A model generated the notes under the pieces. It had not been told where the DNA came from and made no database searches. It saw only the letters and a program-made list of their open reading frames with translations. A program made the translations under genes and the position numbers. From a bacterium (GTDB taxonomy: Bacteria; Hydrothermota; 32-111), in assembly GCA_046484245.1 (NCBI GenBank), contig JAWOBN010000073.1:19465-83464 (forward strand): 64,000 nucleotides of DNA. The letters run 5' to 3'. This document shows positions 38,800-48,796 of this stretch, piece after piece (the first letter of the stretch is position 1; each line of letters begins with the position of its first letter).

Positions 38800-40107
38800 A
38801 TGGAATTTAATTTGAAAGCAGCGGAAATTGTCAGAGAACTTGATAAATACATAGTGGGTCAGGATGATGCCAAGCGGCTCGTTGCCATTGCACTGAGAAA
38901 CAGATGGAGACGCATGCATGTCACTGATGATATCCGCGATGATATTATACCCTCTAATATAATAATGATTGGGCCTACGGGTGTGGGCAAGACAGAGATT
39001 GCCAGAAGGCTTGCAAAGATGGTCAGGGCACCGTTTGTCAAAATTGAGGCAAGCAAATTCACTGAAGTGGGTTATGTGGGCAAGGATGTGGAGTCCATTA
39101 TCAGAGACCTCATGAGGGCATCATACAGTATAATTGAAAATGAGACAGCTGAAGAGGTGAGGGATGCAGCCCGGAAATCTGTTGAAGACAGGATACTGGA
39201 CAGTCTGCTGCCGGGAAGCGACAGGGCGGAGCCGGACACTGTGGAGAAATTCAGGGATATGCTCCGGAGGGGCATACTTGATGAGAGAGAAATTGAGATA
39301 GAGATAACAGAGAACCCCGGTTCAAAGATAGATGTGTTTTCAATGGGCGGCGGTGATGCATTTGAGGGACTGCAGGATATGTTTGAGAATCTTACGCCCA
39401 ATAAGACAAAGAAGAAAAAGGTCACAGTCAAACAGGCAAGAGGCCTGCTGCTTGAAGACGAGATAAACAAACGCATAGACAAAGAGACAGTAAAGGAAAA
39501 GGCGAGGGAGAGGGCTGAGCAGCACGGGATTGTCTTTGTTGATGAAATTGACAAGATAATCACAACAGGCAATAATCAGGGTGTTGATGTATCAAGAAGC
39601 GGTGTACAGAGAGACCTTCTGCCTATTGTTGAAGGTACGAATGTCAATACAAAACACGGTATGATAAAGACAGATTATATTCTCTTTATTGCAGCAGGAG
39701 CTTTTTCCAATGTTTCTGTTTCCGATCTGATGCCTGAACTGCAGGGCAGATTCCCGGTACGGGTTGAGCTTTCATCACTCACAGCAGAGCATTTCAGAAG
39801 AATCCTGGAGGAGCCGGATAATGCAATAACAAAGCAGTACTATTACCTGATGAAGACAGAGAATATTGAAATACAGTTCAGTGATGATGCATTGGAGAGA
39901 ATTGCGGATATATCCTATAAAGCCAATCAGAAGATTGAGGATATCGGTGCAAGACGGCTCAGAACAATAATGACGAAGGTTCTGGAGGACATAATGTACA
40001 GGGCTCCTGATATTGACAGTAAGACCATTGTTATTGACAAGGCATTTGTTGACAATGCAGTGGGAGATATATTTGAAGACAAGGATTTGAAGAAATATAT
40101 ACTATGA
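38800..40107 (+). CDS. hslU: ATP-dependent protease ATPase subunit HslU
   Basis: Shows the expected HslU motifs: LDKYIVGQDDAKR, Walker [16 protein letters not shown], the I-domain insertion, Walker B IVFVDEIDKI and sensor-2. Confidence 0.92.
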   Translation: MEFNLKAAEIVRELDKYIVGQDDAKRLVAIALRNRWRRMHVTDDIRDDIIPSNIIMIGPTGVGKTEIARRLAKMVRAPFVKIEASKFTEVGYVGKDVESIIRDLMRASYSIIENETAEEVRDAARKSVEDRILDSLLPGSDRAEPDTVEKFRDMLRRGILDEREIEIEITENPGSKIDVFSMGGGDAFEGLQDMFENLTPNKTKKKKVTVKQARGLLLEDEINKRIDKETVKEKARERAEQHGIVFVDEIDKIITTGNNQGVDVSRSGVQRDLLPIVEGTNVNTKHGMIKTDYILFIAAGAFSNVSVSDLMPELQGRFPVRVELSSLTAEHFRRILEEPDNAITKQYYYLMKTENIEIQFSDDALERIADISYKANQKIEDIGARRLRTIMTKVLEDIMYRAPDIDSKTIVIDKAFVDNAVGDIFEDKDLKKYIL

Positions 40108-40556
40108 TAACAGAACAGATAATAAAGTATATTGATTATATCAGGCTTCATACAAGTGATATGGACCAGGTTTATACCAGGATAATGGATATGGAGCATT
40201 TTGACAGGGAAAGTGAAGAAAGGATAATATCCCTGATGAAGCAGAATGAGAAGATCCTTTCAACAAATAACGGCAATAATGTGATATTCCCAAGATACTG
40301 TCTTGAAGACAGGGATAATTATTTCAGAATAATTATCGGAGTGAACAATCAGGTCTTTGAATATGCAGGCAAGACAGTCGGGATTATTGTCATGATACTG
40401 TACAGTGAGGATAAAAGAGAGCTTTTTATTGATTCACTGGCATATCTCATACGGATATTCCAGCACAAATCACTTCCGGGTAAGCTTATTGAAATGGACA
40501 GTGAAAGTGAAATAGAGGAAATAATTGAAAAATTACTAAAGGAAATTGAAGATTAA
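40104..40556 (+). CDS. Hypothetical protein (weak resemblance to the PTS EIIA-2 fold)
   Basis: 150 aa, overlapping the hslU stop. The segment NVIFPRYCLEDRD...GKTVGIIVMILYSED loosely resembles the EIIA-2 core, but the His is replaced. Confidence 0.4.
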   Translation: MITEQIIKYIDYIRLHTSDMDQVYTRIMDMEHFDRESEERIISLMKQNEKILSTNNGNNVIFPRYCLEDRDNYFRIIIGVNNQVFEYAGKTVGIIVMILYSEDKRELFIDSLAYLIRIFQHKSLPGKLIEMDSESEIEEIIEKLLKEIED

Positions 40557-41016
40557 ATTAAAAAAACTGATTTACTGGATACCAACTGCTGTATGGCTCA
40601 TTTTTATGTTTATTGCCAGTTCGTTTACTGTTGACGAAACAAGCGGCAGGAATATATTCGGGATAATCGGGAGTTTTATCAGGCGTAATCTGTACAGGTT
40701 TGACAATGAGTTTCTCCATTTGATTGCCGGTAATACTGACAAGGTTTATCATTCAGCAGAGTATCTGGTATTCAGCATTTTGCTCTATCGTTCCCTGTCC
40801 GGTTCTTTTGATTATCCTGTCTCAAAAAACATTACAATTGCCGCATCATCTGTTATAACCATTGCCGCAATTGATGAGATGCATCAGATATTCATCAAAT
40901 CGCGGTCATGCACACTGGGCGATTTCTTTGCTGACCTGATAGGCATGATGATAGTGTATATAATAATCGGTCTTATTAATATCAAACGGAGAAATAATGA
41001 ATTACAGGCGCATTAA
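40546..41016 (+). CDS. VanZ-like family membrane protein
   Basis: 156 aa with 4 TM helices. The AIDEMHQIF...GDFFADLIGM motifs match the VanZ-like family. Confidence 0.6.
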   Translation: MKIKLKKLIYWIPTAVWLIFMFIASSFTVDETSGRNIFGIIGSFIRRNLYRFDNEFLHLIAGNTDKVYHSAEYLVFSILLYRSLSGSFDYPVSKNITIAASSVITIAAIDEMHQIFIKSRSCTLGDFFADLIGMMIVYIIIGLINIKRRNNELQAH

Positions 41017-42265
41017 AGGCACAAACGACTATCTGCCCCAGCAGTCCATTCTGATAAAGAGTATTGACAGGGAGCTCTACACAATCTTTGAGTCATACGG
41101 ATACAAATGGGAGATAACACCGGTACTGGAACCGTATGAATTATTCGTAAGAAGTATAGGGCAGTCCAGTGACATAGTAAGCAAAGAGATGTTTGTTATT
41201 GATTCGTCAAAGAGTAAAATTGCTCTCAAACCCGAGGAGACAGCACCACTATTCAGGAGTGTTATTGAGAATAATTATATATCAGACAGTTCAGTGAAGA
41301 AATTATGTTATATTACCCCGATATTCCGCCATGAAAGACCGCAGAAGGGCAGATACAGGGAATTCTATCAATACGGCATTGAAGCTATCAACACAGATTC
41401 CCCGAGAAGGGATGCTGAGATCATTGAGGTCGGCAGCAATATAATAAAGCATTTCCAAATAGAAAATATTGAGCTGAATATCAATTCAATAGGATGCAGA
41501 AAGTGCAGACCGTCATACAGGGAAGGCCTTGTGCAGTATCTCACAGGAGTGGAGAATAAATTGTGCGGCAATTGTTCCAAGAGGATAGGGTCCAATCCCC
41601 TCAGGGTATTTGACTGTAAAAACAGGAGCTGCATCAATGCTCTGGAGAAAGCCCCGAAGATAACGGATTATCTCTGTGAAACATGCTCAGACCATTTTGA
41701 GGATGTGAAGAACGGACTGGATGAGAGGGATATAAAGTTCACGGTAAATCCGCGTATTGTGAGGGGGCTTGACTATTATTCCCGAACAGTATTTGAATTC
41801 ATTGAAAGGGGGGATAAACTCGGTGCCCAGTCAACTATCATAGCAGGCGGAAGATATGATTATCTCGGAGATGAAATAGCAGGCAGGGAGATCAGGGCAG
41901 TCGGTTTTGCCGGAGGACTGGAAAGACTTGTTATGTCATTGCCTCCTCATGTCAGGGAGAAGATGCTTGCAGAGAAGAGAACGGATATTGTGATTGCCTA
42001 TTTTGACAAGAAAGCATTGAAATATGCAATGAAAACAGCGGATATGCTGAGGAAGAATAATATATCTGTTGAAATTGCCTATGAATTTGATAAAATAGGC
42101 AAGCAGATCAAATTTGCATCCAGAATAGATGCAAGATATGTTATGGTCATTGGAGATAATGAAGTAGATACAAATCAGGTGACATTGAAGCATCTGGATT
42201 CCGGCAGGCAGCAGACAATTGAAAACAGTATTGAAGCAATAAAAGAGGTTATAAATGGAGAATGA
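40997..42265 (+). CDS. hisS: Histidine--tRNA ligase
   Basis: Class II aaRS motifs (GTNDYLP; motif 2 FRHERPQKGRYREFYQ; motif 3 GGGRYD), the HisRS insertion and an anticodon-binding domain. Length 422 aa. Confidence 0.9.
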   Translation: MNYRRIKGTNDYLPQQSILIKSIDRELYTIFESYGYKWEITPVLEPYELFVRSIGQSSDIVSKEMFVIDSSKSKIALKPEETAPLFRSVIENNYISDSSVKKLCYITPIFRHERPQKGRYREFYQYGIEAINTDSPRRDAEIIEVGSNIIKHFQIENIELNINSIGCRKCRPSYREGLVQYLTGVENKLCGNCSKRIGSNPLRVFDCKNRSCINALEKAPKITDYLCETCSDHFEDVKNGLDERDIKFTVNPRIVRGLDYYSRTVFEFIERGDKLGAQSTIIAGGRYDYLGDEIAGREIRAVGFAGGLERLVMSLPPHVREKMLAEKRTDIVIAYFDKKALKYAMKTADMLRKNNISVEIAYEFDKIGKQIKFASRIDARYVMVIGDNEVDTNQVTLKHLDSGRQQTIENSIEAIKEVINGE

Positions 42266-43994
42266 TTACAAGACAGCAATGAGGACAATTCTATGCGGGC
42301 ATGCGGATTCTGCAATGGAAGGCAGCACTGTAAGTGTCTGCGGATGGGTCAATAAGACACGCGATCACGGCAATCTCATATTTATTGATGTGAGAGACAG
42401 GAGCGGCATTGTCCAGGTATTCTCCAATGACAAGTCCATTGCAAGCCTGCTCTCTGAGCTCAGGCTTGAGGATGTTGTGCAGATAACAGGCACAGTGAGG
42501 AAGAGACCGGATGAAATGATAAACAGGGAGATACCGACAGGCTCTATAGAGATTGAATGCAGCAACCTCAAGGTGCTTGCCAAAAGCAGTGTACCGCCCT
42601 TTGTTGTTGAGGATGATGTCAAGGCATCTGAGAACCTGAGGCTTAAATACAGATATCTTGACCTGAGAAGGCCTACAATGCAGGAAATACTGAAGAAACG
42701 CAGTGACACATACAGGGCAATGAGAAACTATCTGACGGATAAGGGTTTCATGGAAATTGAAACACCTGTTATGTCCAGAAGCACACCCGAGGGTGCGCGT
42801 GACTATATAGTGCCTTCAAGGGTTCACCCGGGTAAATTCTATGCACTGGTGCAGTCCCCCCAGCTGTATAAACAGCTTCTTATGGTCTCGGGCATAGACA
42901 GGTATTTCCAGTTTGCACGGTGTTTCCGTGATGAGGATCTCAGAGCAGACAGGCAGCCGGAACATACACAGATTGACATGGAGATGAGTTTTGTTGAGAG
43001 GGAAGACATATTCCGCATTGTTGAAGGATTAATGAAACACACATTCAGCAGTGTAATTGACACTGAGCTGAAAATCCCTTTCCCTGTAATGAGTTACCGG
43101 GAGGCAATGGATAGATTCGGAACAGATAAACCGGATTTGAGGTTTTCACTTGAACTGATTGACATAACTCCAAAGGCGCGCGCATCAGATTCCAATATAC
43201 TGAAGGACAATGAATATACCGGAGGTATATTTGTCACTGAGTCCCTGTCACGCAAAGAGATAGACCGGTTAACTGATTTCATAAAATCTGCAGGTGCTGC
43301 GGGTCTGGGTTATATCAAAGTGAAAGAGGACAAGAACAGCGGTCCGTTTGCAAAATTCCTTGAAGTGGATGATATCTTCAATTCACAGGAAGGTGTATTC
43401 TTTATTATGTCCGGCAAGAAACGGAGGACTCAGGAGTATCTCGGGATGCTGAGAAACAGGATTGCTGCAATGAAAGATATACGCCGGAACAATGATTTTA
43501 ATTTTCTCTGGGTAACGGATTTCCCGTTATTTGATTGGGATGAGGAAGAAGAGAGATATGAACCGTTTCATCATCTCTTCACAATGCCGTCCAAACAGTT
43601 TATAGGGAGGATTGCAGAAAATCCCCTGGAAGTGACAGGGGAACTGTATGATCTTGTCTGTAATGGAGTGGAACTTGCTTCGGGAAGTATAAGGATACAT
43701 GAATACGAGATCCAGAAAGAGGTTATGGAGATAATCGGTATAGGAGAGGAAGAACTGGAAAGTAAATTCGGTTTCCTGATGGAAGCATTCAAATACGGCG
43801 CGCCCCCGCACGGAGGTATTGCGCCCGGTCTTGACAGGCTTATTATGACTATGATGGGACTGGACAATATACGCGATACAATAGCTTTCCCCAAGACCCT
43901 TAATGCAGTGGGATTGATGGAGGAATGCCCTTCCTCTGTTGACAGGAAACAGACCGATGAACTGCATATAATCGTCAAAGAGGATAAGAAATGA
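42255..43994 (+). CDS. aspS: Aspartate--tRNA ligase
   Basis: An N-terminal OB-fold (VCGWVNKTRDHGNLIFIDVRD), class II motifs (FRDEDLRADRQPEHTQID; GGIAPGLDRLIM), the GAD insertion and QSPQLYKQ together identify AspRS. Confidence 0.92.
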   Translation: MENDYKTAMRTILCGHADSAMEGSTVSVCGWVNKTRDHGNLIFIDVRDRSGIVQVFSNDKSIASLLSELRLEDVVQITGTVRKRPDEMINREIPTGSIEIECSNLKVLAKSSVPPFVVEDDVKASENLRLKYRYLDLRRPTMQEILKKRSDTYRAMRNYLTDKGFMEIETPVMSRSTPEGARDYIVPSRVHPGKFYALVQSPQLYKQLLMVSGIDRYFQFARCFRDEDLRADRQPEHTQIDMEMSFVEREDIFRIVEGLMKHTFSSVIDTELKIPFPVMSYREAMDRFGTDKPDLRFSLELIDITPKARASDSNILKDNEYTGGIFVTESLSRKEIDRLTDFIKSAGAAGLGYIKVKEDKNSGPFAKFLEVDDIFNSQEGVFFIMSGKKRRTQEYLGMLRNRIAAMKDIRRNNDFNFLWVTDFPLFDWDEEEERYEPFHHLFTMPSKQFIGRIAENPLEVTGELYDLVCNGVELASGSIRIHEYEIQKEVMEIIGIGEEELESKFGFLMEAFKYGAPPHGGIAPGLDRLIMTMMGLDNIRDTIAFPKTLNAVGLMEECPSSVDRKQTDELHIIVKEDKK

Positions 43995-44470
43995 ATATGA
44001 GATATTACCCTGACCCTGCTCTGAGGATAAAGTCCTCAAGTATTGAAAGCATAGACAAATATATCAGAAGAGTAATAAGGGAGATGAAGGATACAATGAT
44101 TCTTGAAGAAGGTATAGGGCTTGCAGCCAATCAGGTGGGGATTACAAAGCGTATTATTATAGTGGATTTCCTGGACAAAAAAGAGGCGCTTATCAATCCC
44201 CGGATAATTGAACATTCTGCTGAGAAGGAGAAAGGAATGGAGGGATGTCTCTCATTCCCGGGTCTTCAGGTAAATATTGAGAGACATAAATCATTGACTA
44301 TCAGTTATATCAATGAAGATGGCATGGAAGAGACAAGGGAATTACAGGGTCTCAATGCTATCGCCATTCAGCATGAGATTGACCATTTGAACGGGAAGCT
44401 GATCATTGACTATATGGCCCCGCGCGAGAGGCTTGAATATAATCTTAGAGTAAATTCAAAGGAGTTATGA
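43991..44470 (+). CDS. def: Peptide deformylase
   Basis: GIGLAANQVG, EGCLSFPG and HEIDHLNG are the three deformylase signature motifs. Confidence 0.9.
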   Translation: MNMRYYPDPALRIKSSSIESIDKYIRRVIREMKDTMILEEGIGLAANQVGITKRIIIVDFLDKKEALINPRIIEHSAEKEKGMEGCLSFPGLQVNIERHKSLTISYINEDGMEETRELQGLNAIAIQHEIDHLNGKLIIDYMAPRERLEYNLRVNSKEL

Positions 44471-44886
44471 TGATGGAAGTGCAATTACTCAAAGACATGA
44501 CATTTATCGGTAAATCAGCAACAGGGCATTCTGTTGTTATGGATACCAGTGAGAAATCAGGCGGCAATCAGTCAGCACCCACCCCCATGGAGATGGTGCT
44601 TTTCGGTCTGGGGGGATGCACGGGCATGGATGTCATCTCAATACTGAGAAAGATGAGACAGGATGTGACGGGCTTCAGAATTGAGATTGAAAAGAAGAAT
44701 GCTGATGAGCATCCCAAGGTCTATACGGAGATCAATATGAAATACATCTTCTCGGGCAGACAGCTGGATGAAAAGAAAATCGCCAGGGCAATAGAACTCT
44801 CACAGGACAGATATTGTTCAGTGTCAGCAATGCTCGGTAAGACAGCATCCATAAGCCACACTTATGAAATAGAAGAGGAACAATAA
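44467..44886 (+). CDS. OsmC/Ohr family peroxiredoxin-like protein
   Basis: 139 aa with the conserved Cys pair in the context GLGGCTGMD and RYCSVSAML, as in OsmC. Confidence 0.7.
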   Translation: MMMEVQLLKDMTFIGKSATGHSVVMDTSEKSGGNQSAPTPMEMVLFGLGGCTGMDVISILRKMRQDVTGFRIEIEKKNADEHPKVYTEINMKYIFSGRQLDEKKIARAIELSQDRYCSVSAMLGKTASISHTYEIEEEQ

Positions 44887-46523
44887 TGAATAGAATCCTT
44901 TTGATTTGCCTTATCACACTCACTGCTCTCACACTGTACAGTGAGGAGAATTATAACCAGGGTTTGAAATACTATGAGAATAATGATTTCTCCAGAGCCC
45001 GGGCATATTTCAAAAAATACCTTGAGGAGAATCCTGCAGGTGAATTGAGAAAAGAGGCTATGCTCAAGATATACCAGTCATATTCCTTCAGCAAAGAGGA
45101 GGAAAAGACAGCCATAGCTGAGATGATATCCCAGATATATCCATTTGAGAAAGAAACCGAGTTTATGCGCATAGAGATGGCAAATCATTATATCAATGAT
45201 GATGAATATTTTGAAGCTGCAAAATGGCTCATGGAAATAGTGCTTTTCTCGGACAAGGGGTCAAAGGCGAGGAATACTGCTGTTGAGAGGATCAAGAGAT
45301 ATATAAGCACCAGACTGGAACCCAGAGAGATTGAATTTCTGCTCTATAATTATCCTTCAAAATCCTTTGCCCCCCTGATGCTTTTCAGGCTTTTCGGCAT
45401 ATATCATGAAGAGGGTGAATATGAAAAGTCGGAATTCTTCAGGAAAAAGCTGATTCTGGATTATCCTGATTCCTATTACACAAAGAATTTTATTCTTGAA
45501 CTTGAAAACACACCTCAGGCAAGAAACAAGATTGCAATACTTCTCCCCCAGACAGGAGACCTCTCACCTTACGGGGAATCTGTAAGAAAGGGCATTGTCA
45601 TAGCATCATCAGAGGAGGATGTTGATTTTGTATTGTTCAATACAATGTCCAATGCGGTTACTGTTACAAAATTGATTGACTCAATATATAATGACGGCAG
45701 TTTTACCGCAGTTATAGGCCCGATCGGGTCCTCTGAGGCAATTGCTGCAGGTGCATATCTCTATGACAGTAAAAGCATACCGGTTCTTCCCCCCATTGTC
45801 ACTGACGGAGACCTCCTGGCATTCAGTGAGGATCTTTTCCTTGTCAATAAGACACTGATTGAACAGGCAAAATTCACTGTGGATTTTATCAGTAAGACGG
45901 ATACAGTGAAGACCGCAGGTATTATATATCCTGATAATTCATACGGTAAGACACTGGCTGATGCATTCATTGAGGGAGTGGAGAAAACAGATATTGAATT
46001 GATGTTTGATTTTTCTTATATACCGGGAACCTCGGATTTCACGGACAGGCTCACATCAGTGAAGGAGATGAATGTGGATGTCATCTATCTCCCTGTATCT
46101 GCAGAGGATGCTATACTTCTCTCCACACAGATTGCATATAATGATATTGAAGCGAGAATAATAGGTTCAGACACATGGTACAGTGATGATCTGATGCGTC
46201 TTGCAAGGGACTATATTGAAGAGGCAATTGTCATAAAACCGAAGGAAATAGACCGTTATTCGGATGAATATGTTAATTTCAAGTTGAAATTCATGAAGAA
46301 GTACAACAGGGAGCCTGACAGATATTCAATGCTGGGATATGATACTTTCAAAATGCTTGCAAGAATCATACGTCTGGGCTATAATAACAGAAACAAGATA
46401 AACAGATATCTGAAAAGCATGGATTATTACAATGGTGTCTCCGGTCAGATAACCTTTACTGGAAACCGTGAAGAATTTGATGTGTATCAGATAATAGATT
46501 CAGAGTTCAAAAAGAGGAGATAA
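44886..46523 (+). CDS. Secreted TPR-repeat + type I periplasmic-binding-protein (LivK-like) domain protein (LpoA-like architecture)
   Basis: Signal peptide; an N-terminal roughly 200 aa with TPR-like pairs (YNQGLKYYENNDFSRARAYFKKYL); a C-terminal PBP-I-like Rossmann repeats (AVIGPIGSSEAIAAGAY, VDVIYLPV). Confidence 0.5.
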   Translation: MNRILLICLITLTALTLYSEENYNQGLKYYENNDFSRARAYFKKYLEENPAGELRKEAMLKIYQSYSFSKEEEKTAIAEMISQIYPFEKETEFMRIEMANHYINDDEYFEAAKWLMEIVLFSDKGSKARNTAVERIKRYISTRLEPREIEFLLYNYPSKSFAPLMLFRLFGIYHEEGEYEKSEFFRKKLILDYPDSYYTKNFILELENTPQARNKIAILLPQTGDLSPYGESVRKGIVIASSEEDVDFVLFNTMSNAVTVTKLIDSIYNDGSFTAVIGPIGSSEAIAAGAYLYDSKSIPVLPPIVTDGDLLAFSEDLFLVNKTLIEQAKFTVDFISKTDTVKTAGIIYPDNSYGKTLADAFIEGVEKTDIELMFDFSYIPGTSDFTDRLTSVKEMNVDVIYLPVSAEDAILLSTQIAYNDIEARIIGSDTWYSDDLMRLARDYIEEAIVIKPKEIDRYSDEYVNFKLKFMKKYNREPDRYSMLGYDTFKMLARIIRLGYNNRNKINRYLKSMDYYNGVSGQITFTGNREEFDVYQIIDSEFKKRR

Positions 46524-46526
46524 TTA

Positions 46527-46730
46527 ATGAGTAAAGAGAGAAAACAGTCAACAGATAATAAGGATTTTCCCACAAAGTTTTCCAAAAAAAGTCTCATAGT
46601 TCTTGCTGCTGCTCTTTTCACAATAGTACTGGGATTTATTCTTATGAGCACAGGTGAAATAGTTGTATCCCCGCTTCTTCTTGTCATAGGGTATATGGTG
46701 CTCGTGCCTGTAGCATTATTGAAAAAATGA
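46527..46730 (+). CDS. Small membrane protein, 2 TM (hypothetical)
   Basis: 67 aa with a basic N-terminus then two hydrophobic helices. It overlaps the next gene by 4 nt. Confidence 0.45.
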   Translation: MSKERKQSTDNKDFPTKFSKKSLIVLAAALFTIVLGFILMSTGEIVVSPLLLVIGYMVLVPVALLKK

Positions 46731-48796
46731 AGAAAATAATTCTGATAGCTGCAATTATCCTGCTGTTCTCTTCCATTAATGCGGAAGTATTGACGGATAA
46801 TTACAAGCAGGCAGTTGAACTGGAGAATACCGCTTTCTCAAGAATTTCCGGTTTCGGAGATATCCTCAGAGGAGAGGGGTATCTGCCTGATATGGATTTT
46901 GATTTTGTAATAAGCTATTACAGGGATTCTCTTATAGGATTTACGGATAATCCGTTCCACTCTGCTGCATACGGTATTGCTCACTATTACAAGAATAATG
47001 AGGATTCTGCCCAATATTATTTTGAGGAGGCAAGGGAAAGAGCGGGCCTTAATCCTGCTGTTCAGTTGAGATTATTCCAGTTATTTGTACTGCATGATAT
47101 TGATTATGCTGTTGACAGCCAGCTTGATGAACTGATTACACTCAAGTACAGAATCGGCGCTGTCTCCATTCCTGAAGCAGGGGAATACCTGAATTATACT
47201 GCTGTTGATAAATTCAAGAACAATGAAGATGCTGCTGTGATTGAGAATATACTCATCAGTGCAAACAGGGTTGATCCCTATAATCCCGAGATTATAATGA
47301 ATCTCCTCAAGGTGTCACTGTTGAAACTCAGACCCGGGAATTTCTATATTATTATCAAAATGATAAGCAATTCACTGCATGATATTTTCAATAAATTTGT
47401 TTTGCTCCATAATATTCTGGTATTTGTCAGATATGCGTCACTGGCAGTATTCCTCATACTCACACTTCTGCTCTTTATCAAGAATATAAAGAAGATGTTT
47501 TTCGCAATCAGGAATAATCTGTCCGGCAGACTGACAGGTTTCCAGAAAACACTGATTGTGCTCTTCATAATCGCACTGCCTCTCATACTTGAATTACATC
47601 CCCTTATCTGGATATTTTATATATCTGTGATCAATTTCTTCTTCATAAGAAGAAGAGAAAAGATACTCATAGGCATATTAATGCTGATCATTATTATGAT
47701 GCCTCTGTTCTTCTATGTTGAGAATCATGTAGTAAGCAAAATGACACCCTCGGACAATCTGTCCGTTATTGTGAAAGCCAATTATTCGGGATGGAATAAG
47801 GACCTGGTGGAGAAAATAGATGGATTGATTGAGGAGCAGCCGCTGAACAACGGATTGTTCTTTGCAAAAGCCATGCTGTATAAGAAAGGCGGATATTTCA
47901 CAGAGGCTGAAGAGGAATACAATAAAATACTTCTGACAGGCGAATCCAATGCCCAGTTATACAATAATCTGGGGAATGTACTGTATTTGAAAGGACTGCA
48001 GTCAAAGGCAGAGGAGTATTACAGGAAAGCCATAGAGATCTCCGATAAACTTCCCGAACCCTATTTTAATCTTGCGCAGATATATATTAACAGGATGAAA
48101 CTCACTGAGTCGGACAATTTCATGGATATGGCTGCTGCAATTGATAATGAAAAGATAAGCCGTTTTATAGATAATTCTGCTGAGGGTTATTTCAATACTG
48201 AGGTAATGGACTGCAATATACCGGAAGCATATCTGTGGAATGAATTCTACAAGAGAAGTGAATTGAGCAATGAACCTGTAATAATGGGTCTGAAGATCAA
48301 TATCCTTGTCATGATAGCCGGTATTGCACTGCTGCTGTCAGGGATTCTCGGTTCTATGATAAAACATCATATGCGTATAATGAAATGTTTTACATGCGGA
48401 ACATACATATATCCTGTTGATTCAAGGGAGTACAATGAGCAGAGGGTATGCAGCAAATGCTTCAAGATGCTTGATTCCACTGTGTCTGATTCACTGAGAG
48501 CAAGAAAATACGAGAGTCTCATAAGACTCAAAGAGAGGAGTTTTGCAAGAATAACCCGCATTATGAGTTTCATATTCCCGGGAGGCGGCAAGCTACATCA
48601 GGAGAGGTTGTTCAAGGGTATGATGTTCATAATCCTGACAGTATTTGCCATACTGCTTATTTTTGCGGATAGTATCTTTATTGTGAGGAATCCGCATATC
48701 AATTATACTGTTGATTTCAATAATGACATGATACTGATAATTATTGCGGGTTTGCTCTATATCATTAATCTCGCTGTAACAAGGAATAGGCAATGA
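46727..48796 (+). CDS. Large TPR-containing polytopic membrane protein with an internal zinc ribbon (hypothetical)
   Basis: 689 aa. It has a signal peptide, an N-terminal TPR-like periplasmic region and a block of about 4 TM helices. These are followed by cytoplasmic TPR repeats (YNNLGNVLYLKGLQSKAEEYYRKAIEI...YFNLAQIY), another TM, CFTCG...CSKCF and two final TMs. Confidence 0.55.
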   Translation: MKKIILIAAIILLFSSINAEVLTDNYKQAVELENTAFSRISGFGDILRGEGYLPDMDFDFVISYYRDSLIGFTDNPFHSAAYGIAHYYKNNEDSAQYYFEEARERAGLNPAVQLRLFQLFVLHDIDYAVDSQLDELITLKYRIGAVSIPEAGEYLNYTAVDKFKNNEDAAVIENILISANRVDPYNPEIIMNLLKVSLLKLRPGNFYIIIKMISNSLHDIFNKFVLLHNILVFVRYASLAVFLILTLLLFIKNIKKMFFAIRNNLSGRLTGFQKTLIVLFIIALPLILELHPLIWIFYISVINFFFIRRREKILIGILMLIIIMMPLFFYVENHVVSKMTPSDNLSVIVKANYSGWNKDLVEKIDGLIEEQPLNNGLFFAKAMLYKKGGYFTEAEEEYNKILLTGESNAQLYNNLGNVLYLKGLQSKAEEYYRKAIEISDKLPEPYFNLAQIYINRMKLTESDNFMDMAAAIDNEKISRFIDNSAEGYFNTEVMDCNIPEAYLWNEFYKRSELSNEPVIMGLKINILVMIAGIALLLSGILGSMIKHHMRIMKCFTCGTYIYPVDSREYNEQRVCSKCFKMLDSTVSDSLRARKYESLIRLKERSFARITRIMSFIFPGGGKLHQERLFKGMMFIILTVFAILLIFADSIFIVRNPHINYTVDFNNDMILIIIAGLLYIINLAVTRNRQ

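Noticed and set aside
39072-39572. 166-aa minus-strand ORF antisense to hslU
   Set aside because: Ser/Leu-rich low-complexity translation lying entirely inside a strongly supported + strand gene. It is a typical antisense shadow ORF with no ribosome-binding site.
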